From assembly GCA_963823035.1 (NCBI GenBank), contig CAWGKG010000011.1, forward strand, positions 32,001 through 96,000: a stretch of DNA of 64,000 nt. The letters are read 5' to 3'. This document shows positions 20,539 through 30,281 of the stretch, one piece after another. The position numbers and the translations under genes were made by a program. Under the pieces are notes generated by a model, which was not told the DNA's origin, made no database searches, and saw nothing but the letters and a program-made list of their open reading frames with translations. Numbering within the stretch: position 1 is the stretch's first letter; each line of letters opens with the position of its first letter. The DNA is from an uncultured Gemmatimonadales bacterium. GTDB taxonomy: Bacteria > Gemmatimonadota > Gemmatimonadetes > Longimicrobiales > Gaopeijiaceae.

Positions 20539-21904
20539 ATGGCCGATGTGCGTGGAGCGAAGGTGGCGGTGGTCGGACTCGGAGCCAGCGGCAGGGCCGC
20601 GGCCCGATTGGTCCTCGCAAACGGAGGAGAGGTCTATGTCTCGGATTCGCGCGCTGATGCCTCAGACTGCAGCTGGTGGAGCCGAGCTGCGAGGACTGGG
20701 AGCCGACGTGGAGGTCGGAGGACACGACGTCGAGCGCATGGCGCGAGCCGACCTCGTCGTCGTCAGCCCCGGAATCCCCCCGGACGCTCCGGTGCTCCGC
20801 GCCCTCGCCGAGCGAGGCGTACGCTGGATCTCGGAGCCTGAGCTCGCCGTTCGGTTCTACTCGGGTCCACTGATCGCCATCACCGGAACCAATGGAAAGA
20901 CGACCACGACCCTGCTGGTGGCTCACCTGCTCGAAGCGGCCGGAGTGCGCGCCGCGGTGGGTGGCAACGTGGGCGGAGGCCTCGCGCCCGCGGCCTCGGA
21001 GCTCGCGCTGCTGGCCGAGCCGCCGGATTGGTACGTCCTCGAGATGAGCTCCTACCAGCTGGCCGGGATCGAGCGCTTCCGCGCCGACATCGGCGTGGTG
21101 ACGAACCTGTCGCCCGACCACCTGGACCGGTACGGGAGCGTCGGGGCGTACTACGCGGACAAGGCGCGCCTCTTCGAGAACGCGGACGATTCCTCCCGTT
21201 GGATCCTCCCCGACGGTGACGCCGAGGTGGAGCGGCTCGCCGGGGACGCGCCGGGTGAGCGCTACGGCTTCGCGCTCGACGACGCCGGCCGCACGCACGC
21301 CTTCGTGCGCGACGGGACGCTCACGCTCCGCCTCGACGGGGAGGAGGCACTCGTGCCGGTGGCCGATCTCCCGCTGCTCGGGCGCCACAACCAGCTGGAC
21401 GCCCTGGCCGCCTCGCTCACGGCGCGGGTCGCGGGCGCCGGCATCGAAGGGATCGCGGCCGGGCTGCGCCGGGCGCGCCCGCTTCCGCATCGGATGCAGC
21501 CGGTGGCCGAAGCGCGCGGCGTCCTGTGGGTGAACGACTCCAAGGCGACCAACGTGGCCGCGACGCGCAGCGCGCTCGAGAGCCTGTCGCGGCCGGTGGT
21601 CCTCCTCCTGGGGGGGAAGGACAAGGGCGAGGACTTCGGAACGCTCCGCTCCGTCGTGGTCGGGCGGGTCCGCGCGGTGGTGGCGTTCGGCGCCGCGGGC
21701 GAGCGCATCGCGGGTGAGCTCGAGGGGGCGGTGCCGCTCTCGCTCGAGAAGGGCGCCTTCGCGGACGTGGTCGCGGCGGCGGCCGCCCGCGCCGAGGAGG
21801 GCGACATCGTCCTCCTGTCGCCGGCGTGCTCGAGCTTCGACATGTTCGAGAACTACGAGGACCGGGGACGTCGCTTCGCCGCCCTGGCCCGGGAGATGGC
21901 CTGA
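20539..21904 (+). CDS. murD: UDP-MurNAc-L-Ala--D-Glu ligase, apparent +1 frameshift at ~20655
   Basis: VVGLGASG; VVVSPGI; ITGTNGKTTT; DHLDRY; NDSKATN; LLSPACSSFDMF. Confidence 0.95.
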
Positions 21905-23085
21905 TGGCCGCGCGTCCCGTCGACGTGGCGCCGCAGCGCCCGATCAGGCTCCCGGACTCCGGGCTGGGCCGGGGGTGGGAGCCGACGGCGATCGTCGTGC
22001 TCACCCTCCTGCTCCTGTCCTTCGGGCTGGTGACGCTCTACAGCGCCTCCTCCGTGCTGGCGGTGAGGGAGCATCATCCGGACACCTGGTACGTCCTGCG
22101 CCAGGCGGCCGGCGCCGGGGTCGGGCTCGTCGGGCTCGCGGCGATGGCGGCGACCCCCTACCGCCTGTGGACGAAGCTGGCGTGGCCGCTGTACTGGGTC
22201 TCGGTGGGACTGCTCGTCTTCATCGTGGTCCCGTGGACGCACGGCGTCGCCCCGGAGATCAACGGCGCGCGCCGCTGGCTGCGCCTGGGCGTGACGATCC
22301 AGCCCTCCGAGTTCGCGAAGATCTCGATCATCGTGTGGACGGCGTCGATCGCGGTGAAGAAGGCGAAGAGCGAGCACTTCAGGAGCCTGTCGCTCGGCCT
22401 CGGCCCCTTCTTCCTGATGTGGGGGATCCTCCTCGTCCCGGTCGTGCTCGAGCCCGACCTCTCCACCGCGGTCCTCATCGCGCTGCTCGGCGTCCTGGTC
22501 GTGTTCGCCGCCGGCGCGCGCTTCGCGCACTTCGCCTTCCTCGGCGTGGCCGCGGTGCCGATCCTCTGGCACCAGCTCGGCGTGGGCTTCCGCGCGCAGC
22601 GCATCGCCGCCTTCCTCAACCCGGCAGCGGACCCCACGGGCGCGGGCTTCCAGGTGCGTCAGTCGCTCGTCGCGCTCGGCTCGGGGGGACTGACCGGCGT
22701 GGGCTTCGGCGAAGGGCGGCAGAAGTTCGGCTTCCTCCCCTACGCCCACAACGACTTCATCTTCGCGATGGTCGGCGAGGAGTGGGGGCTGCTCGGGGTC
22801 GCGTTCCTCGTGTCGCTGTACCTCGCGATCGTCATGATCGGCTTCCGGGTGGCGGGGCGCGCGCCCGACCTCTTCGGCGAGCTGCTGGCGATCGGCGTGA
22901 CGAACCTCATCGCCCTCCAGGCGGTCCTGCACATGGCGGTGGGGCTCGGCCTCGTACCGCCCACCGGGTTGGCCCTTCCGCTGGTCTCGTACGGGCGCTC
23001 GAACCTGATCGTGACGCTGGCGGCGCTCGGGATCCTGATCTCGGTCGCCCGGGCCGCGCCCGGCGGGAAGGGGGCCCGTGCATGA
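21904..23085 (+). CDS. ftsW: SEDS peptidoglycan polymerase FtsW
   Basis: NGARRWL, QPSEFAK, EPDLST, HNDFIFAMVGEEWG and LPLVSYG. Confidence 0.96.
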   Translation: MAARPVDVAPQRPIRLPDSGLGRGWEPTAIVVLTLLLLSFGLVTLYSASSVLAVREHHPDTWYVLRQAAGAGVGLVGLAAMAATPYRLWTKLAWPLYWVSVGLLVFIVVPWTHGVAPEINGARRWLRLGVTIQPSEFAKISIIVWTASIAVKKAKSEHFRSLSLGLGPFFLMWGILLVPVVLEPDLSTAVLIALLGVLVVFAAGARFAHFAFLGVAAVPILWHQLGVGFRAQRIAAFLNPAADPTGAGFQVRQSLVALGSGGLTGVGFGEGRQKFGFLPYAHNDFIFAMVGEEWGLLGVAFLVSLYLAIVMIGFRVAGRAPDLFGELLAIGVTNLIALQAVLHMAVGLGLVPPTGLALPLVSYGRSNLIVTLAALGILISVARAAPGGKGARA

Positions 23086-24224
23086 TTCCGGCGGCGTCGT
23101 GGTCGTCTTCTCCGGCGGAGGCACGGGGGGCCACCTCTACCCGGCGCTCGCCCTCGCCGAGGCGCTCGTGCGCCTGCGCCCGGACGTGCACCCCTTCTTC
23201 GTGGGCGCGTCGCGGGGGCTCGAAGCGCGGGTCCTTCCCGAGCGCGGCGTCGACCACCTCCTCCTTCCCGTCGAGGGATTCGCGCGGGGGAGCCGCCTCG
23301 GCGGAGCGCGCGCGCTCCCGGCGCTCGGACGCTCGGTCCTGCAGGTCGCGGACCTCGCGCGTACCCTGCGCCCGGAGGTCGTGGTGGTGACCGGCGGCTA
23401 CGCCGGGGGACCGGCCGGGATCGTGGCGGGCGTGTTGGGCATCCCGCTCGTGCTGCAGGAGCAGAACGCGGTGCCCGGCGTGACCACGCGGCTCCTGAGC
23501 CGGTGGGCCCGCCAGGTCCACGTGGCGTTCCCGGAGGCCACCCGCCGACTCCCGGTCGGGGCCCGCACCCGGGTCCGCGTGTCCGGGAACCCCGTGCGGG
23601 CGCTTCCCGCGCTCACGCGCGCCGCGGCGCGCGCCGTCTTCGGACTGCCGGAGGCGGGTTGCGTCGTTCTCGTCACCGGTGGGAGCCAGGGCGCGGTCGG
23701 GATCAACCGCGCGCTCACGGACGCGGTGCGCGGGGTGGCGGAGGGCGCGCTCGCCCGTCCGGACGGGCTGCTCCTCCTCTGGTCGACCGGCCCTCGGCAC
23801 CACGCGGCCGTCTCCGAGGCGCTGGCCGAGGCCGGCTCGCCCGCGTGGGTGCGGGCGCTTCCGTACATCGAGGACATGCCGGCGGCGCTGTCCGCCGCCG
23901 ACTTCGCGGTGGGGCGCGCGGGCGCGATGACCACGGCCGAGTTCTTCGAGGTCGGGATCCCGGCGATCCTGGTGCCGCTCCCGACCGCCGCGGCCGACCA
24001 CCAGACGCACAACGCCCGCGCGCTCGAGCAGGCGGGCGCCGCGGTCGTCGCCCCCGAGGCGGGCCTCACCGGCGCGGCGCTGTGGGCGCACGTGACCCGA
24101 CTGGCGGAGGACGCCGAGCTCCGGGCGCGCATGGCCGAAGCCGCGCGCGGTCGGGCCCACCCCGGAGCCGCCGCGGAGATCGCGGCCGCCGTCTCGACCC
24201 TTCTTCCCGGAGGCGGGGGCATGA
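23078..24224 (+). CDS. murG: Lipid II GlcNAc transferase; as sequenced it reads through into murC
   Basis: GGGTGGHLYPA, EQNAVPG, GNPVR, GGSQGA, RAGAMT and HQTHNA; a stop would be restored by removing one G from 24215-24219. Confidence 0.94.
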
Positions 24225-25636
24225 CCGGCGTCGACGTCGACCTGCGCGCGCTCGCCGCGAAGGGTCCCGTGCACTTCATGGGCGCCGGCGGGTCGGGAAT
24301 GTGCGCGCTGGCCGAGCTTCTCCTGCGCCACGGCGGCCGCGTGAGCGGATGCGACCTCAAGGAGTCGCGCGCGCTGGCCGACCTGGAGCGGCTGGGCGCC
24401 ACCGTCCAGGTGGGGCACGCCGCCGCGCACGTGGAGGAGGCCTCCGCCCTGGTGGTGACCTCGGCCGTGCCGGTCGACCATCCCGAGCTGCTGCGCGCGA
24501 TCGAGCGCGGCGTCCCCGTGCTGAAGCGCGCGCAGGCGCTGGGTGCGTGGGTCAACCAGGGGCGCCTGGTGGCCATCGCCGGGACGCACGGGAAGACCAC
24601 CACCACCGCGATGGCCACGGAGATCCTCGCGGCCGCGGGGCTCGAGCCCACCGGCCTGGTCGGGGGACGGGTGGCCGCATGGGGCGGCAACCTCCGCTTC
24701 GGGGGAGGGGAGCTGTACGTCGTCGAGGCCGACGAGTACGACCGCTCCTTCCACACGCTCACGCCGGACGTGGCGGTGGTGACGAACCTCGAGGCCGACC
24801 ACCTGGACATCTACGGCGATCTCGACGGCGTGCGTACGGGCTTCCGCAGGTTCCTGCAGGGCGTCCGCGACGGAGGCACGGTCGTCGTGTGCGCCGACGA
24901 CACAGGGGCCTCGGCGCTGCTCGCCGGCATCCCCGAGGGGGGCACCACCTACGGTCTCTCGGCAGGGAGCCGACTGCGCGCGGTGGACGTCGTCCTCGGG
25001 CCGGATGCGACCCTGTGCAGGGTCTTCGAGGACGGCGTGGACCGCGGAGCGCTGCGCCTCGCCGCCCGTGGCCGTCACAACCTGCGCAACGCACTCGGCG
25101 CCGCCGCGGCGTCCCGCGCCGTCGGGGCGCAGTGGCCCGCCATCCGCGCCGCGCTGGAGGGGTTCGCCGGCGTGGGGCGGCGCTTCGAGCGCCTGGGAGA
25201 ATCCGACGGCGTGCGCGTCGTGGACGACTACGCGCACCATCCCACGGAGATCGCCGCGACCCTCGAGGCCGCACGCGCGGCCTTCCCCGGGGCGCGCCTG
25301 GTGGTGGCCTTCCAACCGCACCTCTACTCGCGCACGCGGGATTTCCACAGGGCGTTCGGCGACGCCGTCTCCGGCGCCGACGTGGCGTGGATCACGGACG
25401 TCTTTCCGGCCCGCGAGGCCCCGATCCCCGGGGTGACCGGGGAGCTGGTGGCCGAGGCGGCTCGCGCCGCGGGCACGCGCGAGGTGCACTACCACGACGC
25501 GGAGCTGGACGCGCTCCCGGCCGCGCTCGCGCCCACGCTGCGCGCGGGCGACGTGCTCCTGACGCTCGGCGCGGGCTCGGTGGAGCGCGTCGGCGGTGCG
25601 GTGCTCCACCTCCTCGAGGAGCGGGTCCATGCGTAG
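24221..25636 (+). CDS. murC: UDP-MurNAc--L-Ala ligase
   Basis: HFMGAGGSGM, AGTHGKTTT, EADEYD, DDYAHHPTE and FQPHLYSRT; own GGAGG RBS. Confidence 0.96.
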   Translation: MTGVDVDLRALAAKGPVHFMGAGGSGMCALAELLLRHGGRVSGCDLKESRALADLERLGATVQVGHAAAHVEEASALVVTSAVPVDHPELLRAIERGVPVLKRAQALGAWVNQGRLVAIAGTHGKTTTTAMATEILAAAGLEPTGLVGGRVAAWGGNLRFGGGELYVVEADEYDRSFHTLTPDVAVVTNLEADHLDIYGDLDGVRTGFRRFLQGVRDGGTVVVCADDTGASALLAGIPEGGTTYGLSAGSRLRAVDVVLGPDATLCRVFEDGVDRGALRLAARGRHNLRNALGAAAASRAVGAQWPAIRAALEGFAGVGRRFERLGESDGVRVVDDYAHHPTEIAATLEAARAAFPGARLVVAFQPHLYSRTRDFHRAFGDAVSGADVAWITDVFPAREAPIPGVTGELVAEAARAAGTREVHYHDAELDALPAALAPTLRAGDVLLTLGAGSVERVGGAVLHLLEERVHA

Positions 25637-26360
25637 GGAGCTTCGCATCGTGACGTGGACGCTGGTCCTGGGGGCCCTGTGGATGGCGGGCTCGAAGGTG
25701 ATGGACGTGTTGCCGTCGATGAAGCTCTTTCGCGTCACGGACGTCGCCTTCACCGGGTTGGACTACCTCGACCGCGCCGAGGCGACGAAGCTGCTCCGCC
25801 TCGATCCGGACGCGAGCATCTGGAGCGACACCGGGAAGTGGGAGCAGCGGCTGGCGGAGAGCCCGTTGGTGGAGACCGTGCGGGTCCGGCGACGGATGCC
25901 CGGCACGCTCGTCGTTCAGGTCACGGAGCGCCGGCCGGTGGCGCTCGTGCCGACGCCCACGCTCGAGCCCGTCGACGCGCGCGGCGTGCGCCTCCCGATC
26001 GACCCCGCCAGGCGCCGCCTGGACCTCCCTGTCATGCTGATCGACGAGCGGCCCGCGCGCCTCACCCGCCTGCTGCCGTCGCGCGGACGCAAGCTCGCGG
26101 CGGAGGTGGCGCGCCTGCAGGACGCCGACACGGCCTTCGTACAGCTCGTCTCCGAAGTGGCGTGGGAAGACGGGCACTCGGTGGTGGCGCGCTGGGCGGA
26201 GCCCGAGGTGGACTTCCTGATGGAGCCCGGCGCCTCGTCTGCCCGCCTCCGCGAGGGGTTGGCCGCGCTCGCGGACGCGCTCGGACGTGAGCCGTCGAAA
26301 GCACCGACCCAGATCGACCTGAGATTCGCGGACCAGGTTGTGGTCCGCCGCACCCACTAG
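25629..26360 (+). CDS. ftsQ: Cell division protein FtsQ/DivIB
   Basis: N-terminal TM, POTRA (VRRRMPGTLVVQVTER) and C-terminal IDLRF. Confidence 0.9.
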   Translation: MRRELRIVTWTLVLGALWMAGSKVMDVLPSMKLFRVTDVAFTGLDYLDRAEATKLLRLDPDASIWSDTGKWEQRLAESPLVETVRVRRRMPGTLVVQVTERRPVALVPTPTLEPVDARGVRLPIDPARRRLDLPVMLIDERPARLTRLLPSRGRKLAAEVARLQDADTAFVQLVSEVAWEDGHSVVARWAEPEVDFLMEPGASSARLREGLAALADALGREPSKAPTQIDLRFADQVVVRRTH

Positions 26361-26367
26361 AGGCATC

Positions 26368-27597
26368 ATGCGCGCCAACCTCATCGCAGGCCTGGACATC
26401 GGGACCACGAAGACGTGCGCCGTCATCGGCGAGATCGTGGCGGATCCGCGTCGTCCCGGTCTGACGATCCTCGGCGTCGGCCAGGCCCGTACGGGCGGCC
26501 TGCGCGGAGACATGGTCACGAACATCGAGGAGATGACCGAGTCGATCCGCTCGTCGATCAAGGAGGCCGAGCTCATGGCGGGCGCCACGGTGGACCGCGT
26601 CTACGCGGGCATGGGCGGCGACCAGATCCGGGCGTCGACGTCCATGGGGGTGGTGGCGATCGCCGAGGAGGAGGTGACCCCGGACGACGTGGAGCGCGTC
26701 CACGTGGTGGCGCGTGCCGTGGCGCTTCCTCCGGACCGCGAGATGCTGCACGCCATCCCGCAGGAGTACCGTGTGGATCACCAGCGCGGGATCAAGGACC
26801 CGATCGGGCTGTCGGGCGTCCGGCTCGAGGCCGAGGTCTTCCTGGTGACCTCCGCCGTGACGACGGCCGCCAACATCCGCAAAGCCGTCAACCGGGCGGG
26901 CTACCGCGTCCAGGAGTTGGTGCTGGAGCCGCTCGCGGGCGCACGCGCCGTGCTCACCGAGGACGAGAAGGAGGTCGGCGTCTGCATGGTGGAGATCGGC
27001 TCCTCCACCACGGATCTGGCGGCGTACTACGAGGGGAAGATCCGCCACGTCTCCATCCTCCCCTTCGGGGGCGGCACGCTCACCGCCGACCTCGTGCGCG
27101 GCCTGTCGATCCCCCACGCCGAAGCCCAGAAGGCCAAGGAGCACTACGCCACCGCCTACGCGCAGCTGGTGGACCCGCGTGAGACCGTGGAGCTTCCCGG
27201 GCCGTCGCCGAACCAGAAGCGCGCCGTCGCCCGCGAGCTGATCGCGCACATCGTCGAGCAGCGGCTGGACGAGATGTTCGGCCTCGTGCAGCAGGAGCTG
27301 CAGGACGCCGATCTCCTCGACCGCCTCGCCGCCGGCATCGTCCTGACCGGAGGCACCGTCGCGCTTCCCGGGATCGTCGAGCTGGCCCAGCAGATCTTCG
27401 CCGCGCCGGTCCGCTACGGCGTCCCGCGCGACGGGCTGTACGGCCTCGCCGACTCCGTGGCGCGCCCGAAGTTCAGCATCGCCGCCGGCCTCGCGCTCTG
27501 GGGGGCCGACCGCTTCGCGGAAACCGGAGAGGGCGCCTCGACGCTCACGTCGGGCGTGCTCACCAAGCTCGGCACCTGGCTCAGGGAATTCTTCTAG
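26368..27597 (+). CDS. ftsA: Cell division protein FtsA
   Basis: GLDIGTTK, IKDPIGLSGVRLE, GIVLTGG and C-terminal amphipathic WLREFF. Confidence 0.97.
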   Translation: MRANLIAGLDIGTTKTCAVIGEIVADPRRPGLTILGVGQARTGGLRGDMVTNIEEMTESIRSSIKEAELMAGATVDRVYAGMGGDQIRASTSMGVVAIAEEEVTPDDVERVHVVARAVALPPDREMLHAIPQEYRVDHQRGIKDPIGLSGVRLEAEVFLVTSAVTTAANIRKAVNRAGYRVQELVLEPLAGARAVLTEDEKEVGVCMVEIGSSTTDLAAYYEGKIRHVSILPFGGGTLTADLVRGLSIPHAEAQKAKEHYATAYAQLVDPRETVELPGPSPNQKRAVARELIAHIVEQRLDEMFGLVQQELQDADLLDRLAAGIVLTGGTVALPGIVELAQQIFAAPVRYGVPRDGLYGLADSVARPKFSIAAGLALWGADRFAETGEGASTLTSGVLTKLGTWLREFF

Positions 27598-27627
27598 TCC
27601 ACCACTGCTCAGGAGGGAGTAGCCACC

Positions 27628-28849
27628 ATGATGATCTTCGAGTTCGAAGAGACGCCGATCCGGAACGCGCGCATGAAGGTCGTGGGCGTAGGCGGGGCCG
27701 GCGGCAACGCCGTGAACCGGATGATCGACGAGGACCTGGAGGGCGTCGAGTTCATCTCGATGAACACCGACGCGCAGGCCCTGAAGAGCGCGCGCTCGCA
27801 GGTGACGATCCAGATCGGGAAGAAGCTCACCCGCGGTCTGGGCGCCGGCGCGCGCCCGGAGATCGGCCGCCAGGCGCTCTCGGAGAGCGAGGACGAGGTG
27901 CGCGGCGCGCTGGAGGGCGCGGACCTGGTGTTCGTCACCGCCGGCATGGGCGGCGGCACGGGCACGGGCGCGGCCCCCATGGTGGCCGAGATCGCGCGCG
28001 ACATGGGCGCGCTCGTCATCGGCGTCGTGACCCGGCCGTTCTCCTTCGAGGGGAAGAAGCGGGAGCGGCAGGCGATGCTCGGCCTGCAGGAGCTCCGGCG
28101 GTGCGTGGACACGATGATCGTGGTGCCCAACGACCGACTGCTGGCGGTGGTGCCGAAGGGCACTTCGTTCCGGGATGCGCTAAAAAAGGCCGACGAGGTC
28201 CTGCTGAACGCCACCCAGGGCATCTCCGACCTGATCCGCGTCACCGGAGAGGTGAACGTGGACTTCGCGGACGTGCGCACGATCATGGCGTGCAGGGGCC
28301 CGGCCCTGATGGGAACGGGCTTCGGAGAGGGTGACAACCGCTCCCAGGAGGCCGCCCAGGAGGCCATCTCGTCGCCGCTTGCTCGACGACGTCTCGATCT
28401 CCGGCGCGAGGGGGGTCCTGATCAACATCACGGGCGGCATGGACCTTGCGATCGACGAGGTCACGCAGATCTCGTCCATCATTCAGGAAGAGGCTGGGGA
28501 AGAGGCCGAGATCATCTTCGGCGCGGTGCACGATCCGGAGCTCGAGGGTCGCATCCGCGTCACCGTCATCGCCACGGGCTTCGACTCGGCGGACGAGGAG
28601 AAGGTGATCCGACCGGACTTCAAGCGCCCCCGGGCGCAGCCCCAGTCCCGGCCGCAGCCGAGAGAGGAGCCCATGGCGCAACCGAACCCGCACCGTCAGG
28701 TTGTTCAGGAAGAAGTTCGCGTCGCCGCCGTGGGTGGCGGCCGGGCGGAGCCCGTCCTGCCGCTGAACCGATTCCCCGAGCGCACGGTCACGCGGGAACA
28801 GTTCTCCGAGTTGGACATACCAACGTTCATTCGCCGCCAGATGGACTGA
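27628..28849 (+). CDS. ftsZ: Cell division protein FtsZ, apparent +1 frameshift at ~28378
   Basis: [50 protein letters not shown]-terminal [12 protein letters not shown]. Confidence 0.97.
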
Positions 28850-28928
28850 GTCCGAAAGGACGTCCGAGGCGGCTGGTCGTCCGGCGGGATCTTCCTCCCC
28901 CGCCGAGCGGCTCGCGGTTCCCCTGGAG

Positions 28929-30281
28929 GTGTGGATTCACGTGCTTCCGAACGTCCGACTGCGCTGGCGACTCCTGACCGCGGCTCTCGCGGCCGCGGCG
29001 GCGTCCTCCTGCTCCATGGGGGCGCCGATCGACGTCGGCACGCTGGACGCGGTCTACGCGCGGCCTGCCGAGGACGTCGAGGTCCTCGAGCTGGGGCGCA
29101 ACCAGACGCTCGGGGAGCTCCTGCAGAGCGCCATCGGCGCTTCCGAGCAGTCCGGCTTCCTCCTCGCCTTCGGTGAGCACGCGAGCCCGCGCAGGATGCG
29201 CGCGGGCAGCGAGATCACGCTGCGCTACCGCTCGGACGACCACGTCCTGCGCGGCGTGGACATCGCGATCAACTCCGACGAAACCGTGCGGATGTCTCGC
29301 TCGGAGGAGGCCGGCTGGTCGTCCGAGATGGTCGAGACCCCCATCTTCGTCGACACCGTGTTCGCGTCCGGCGAGATCGAGACCGTGCTCTGGACCGCGG
29401 TCATCCGGGACCCGGCGCTGCAAGGGATGCCGGCGAACGACCGCAACCGGATCATCGACTACCTCGATCGGGTCTTCCAGTGGCAGGTGGACTTCTCCCG
29501 CCAGATCCGTGTCGGCGATACCTACCGCTTCGTGTTCGAGCGGGAGGTCCGTCCCGACGGCTCCATGCGCGGCGGGAAGCTGCTGGCGGCGCAGCTGACC
29601 AACAGCGGCACGCCGTACTACGCGGTCTACTTCGATCCCAACGGCGACGGCGAAGGCTCGTACTACGACCTGAACGGGAAGTCGGTGCGGCGCGCCTTCC
29701 TCATGAAGCCGCTCGAGTACCGACGCATCTCGGGGCGGTTCACCGCGGCGCGCTACCACCCGGTGCTCAAGAAGTGGCGTGCCCACAAGGGCGTCGACTA
29801 CGCGGCGGATGCCGGCACCCCGGTGATGGCGACGTCGGACGGCGTGGTGATCTACCGCGCTCGCAAGGGCGACTTCGGCAACACCGTGGAGATCCGGCAC
29901 CCCAATGGCATCGTGACCCGGTACGGGCACCTCCAGGGCTTCAAGAGGGGGATCAGCGTCGGCTCGCGGGTGCATCAGAGCGACGTGATCGCCTACGTCG
30001 GCATGACCGGGCTGGCCACCGGGCCGCACCTGCACTACGAGATGCTGCGGGGCGGCCAGCAGATGGATCCGCTCTCCGTGAAGCTCCCGGCGGGCGACCC
30101 GGTCCCGTCCGACGCGTTCGATCGGTGGCACGCCGACATGGCCGCGCGCACGGCGTTGCTCGAGTCGATCCCGGGTGCCGGTCCGGTGCGGACCGCCGAG
30201 GCCTTCACGCAGAACGATCTGGACGACCAGGCGCAGCCCGACCGGAACGACCGGAACGACGGGCAAGACTCCGGGGGGTGA
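28929..30281 (+). CDS. M23 family peptidoglycan endopeptidase (MepM-like), possible lipoprotein; start uncertain
   Basis: HKGVD (HxxxD), YGHL and ATGPHLHYE (HxH); AASSC lipobox-like sequence. Confidence 0.9.
   Translation: MWIHVLPNVRLRWRLLTAALAAAAASSCSMGAPIDVGTLDAVYARPAEDVEVLELGRNQTLGELLQSAIGASEQSGFLLAFGEHASPRRMRAGSEITLRYRSDDHVLRGVDIAINSDETVRMSRSEEAGWSSEMVETPIFVDTVFASGEIETVLWTAVIRDPALQGMPANDRNRIIDYLDRVFQWQVDFSRQIRVGDTYRFVFEREVRPDGSMRGGKLLAAQLTNSGTPYYAVYFDPNGDGEGSYYDLNGKSVRRAFLMKPLEYRRISGRFTAARYHPVLKKWRAHKGVDYAADAGTPVMATSDGVVIYRARKGDFGNTVEIRHPNGIVTRYGHLQGFKRGISVGSRVHQSDVIAYVGMTGLATGPHLHYEMLRGGQQMDPLSVKLPAGDPVPSDAFDRWHADMAARTALLESIPGAGPVRTAEAFTQNDLDDQAQPDRNDRNDGQDSGG

Noticed and set aside
28846..28865. 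Hammerhead-ribozyme-like CTGA-GTCCGAAAGGAC
   Set aside because: Lacks the full CUGANGA core and the GAAA after stem II
30240..30260. 9-bp tandem repeat GACCGGAAC
   Set aside because: Only about two copies, encoding a disordered DRNDRND tail
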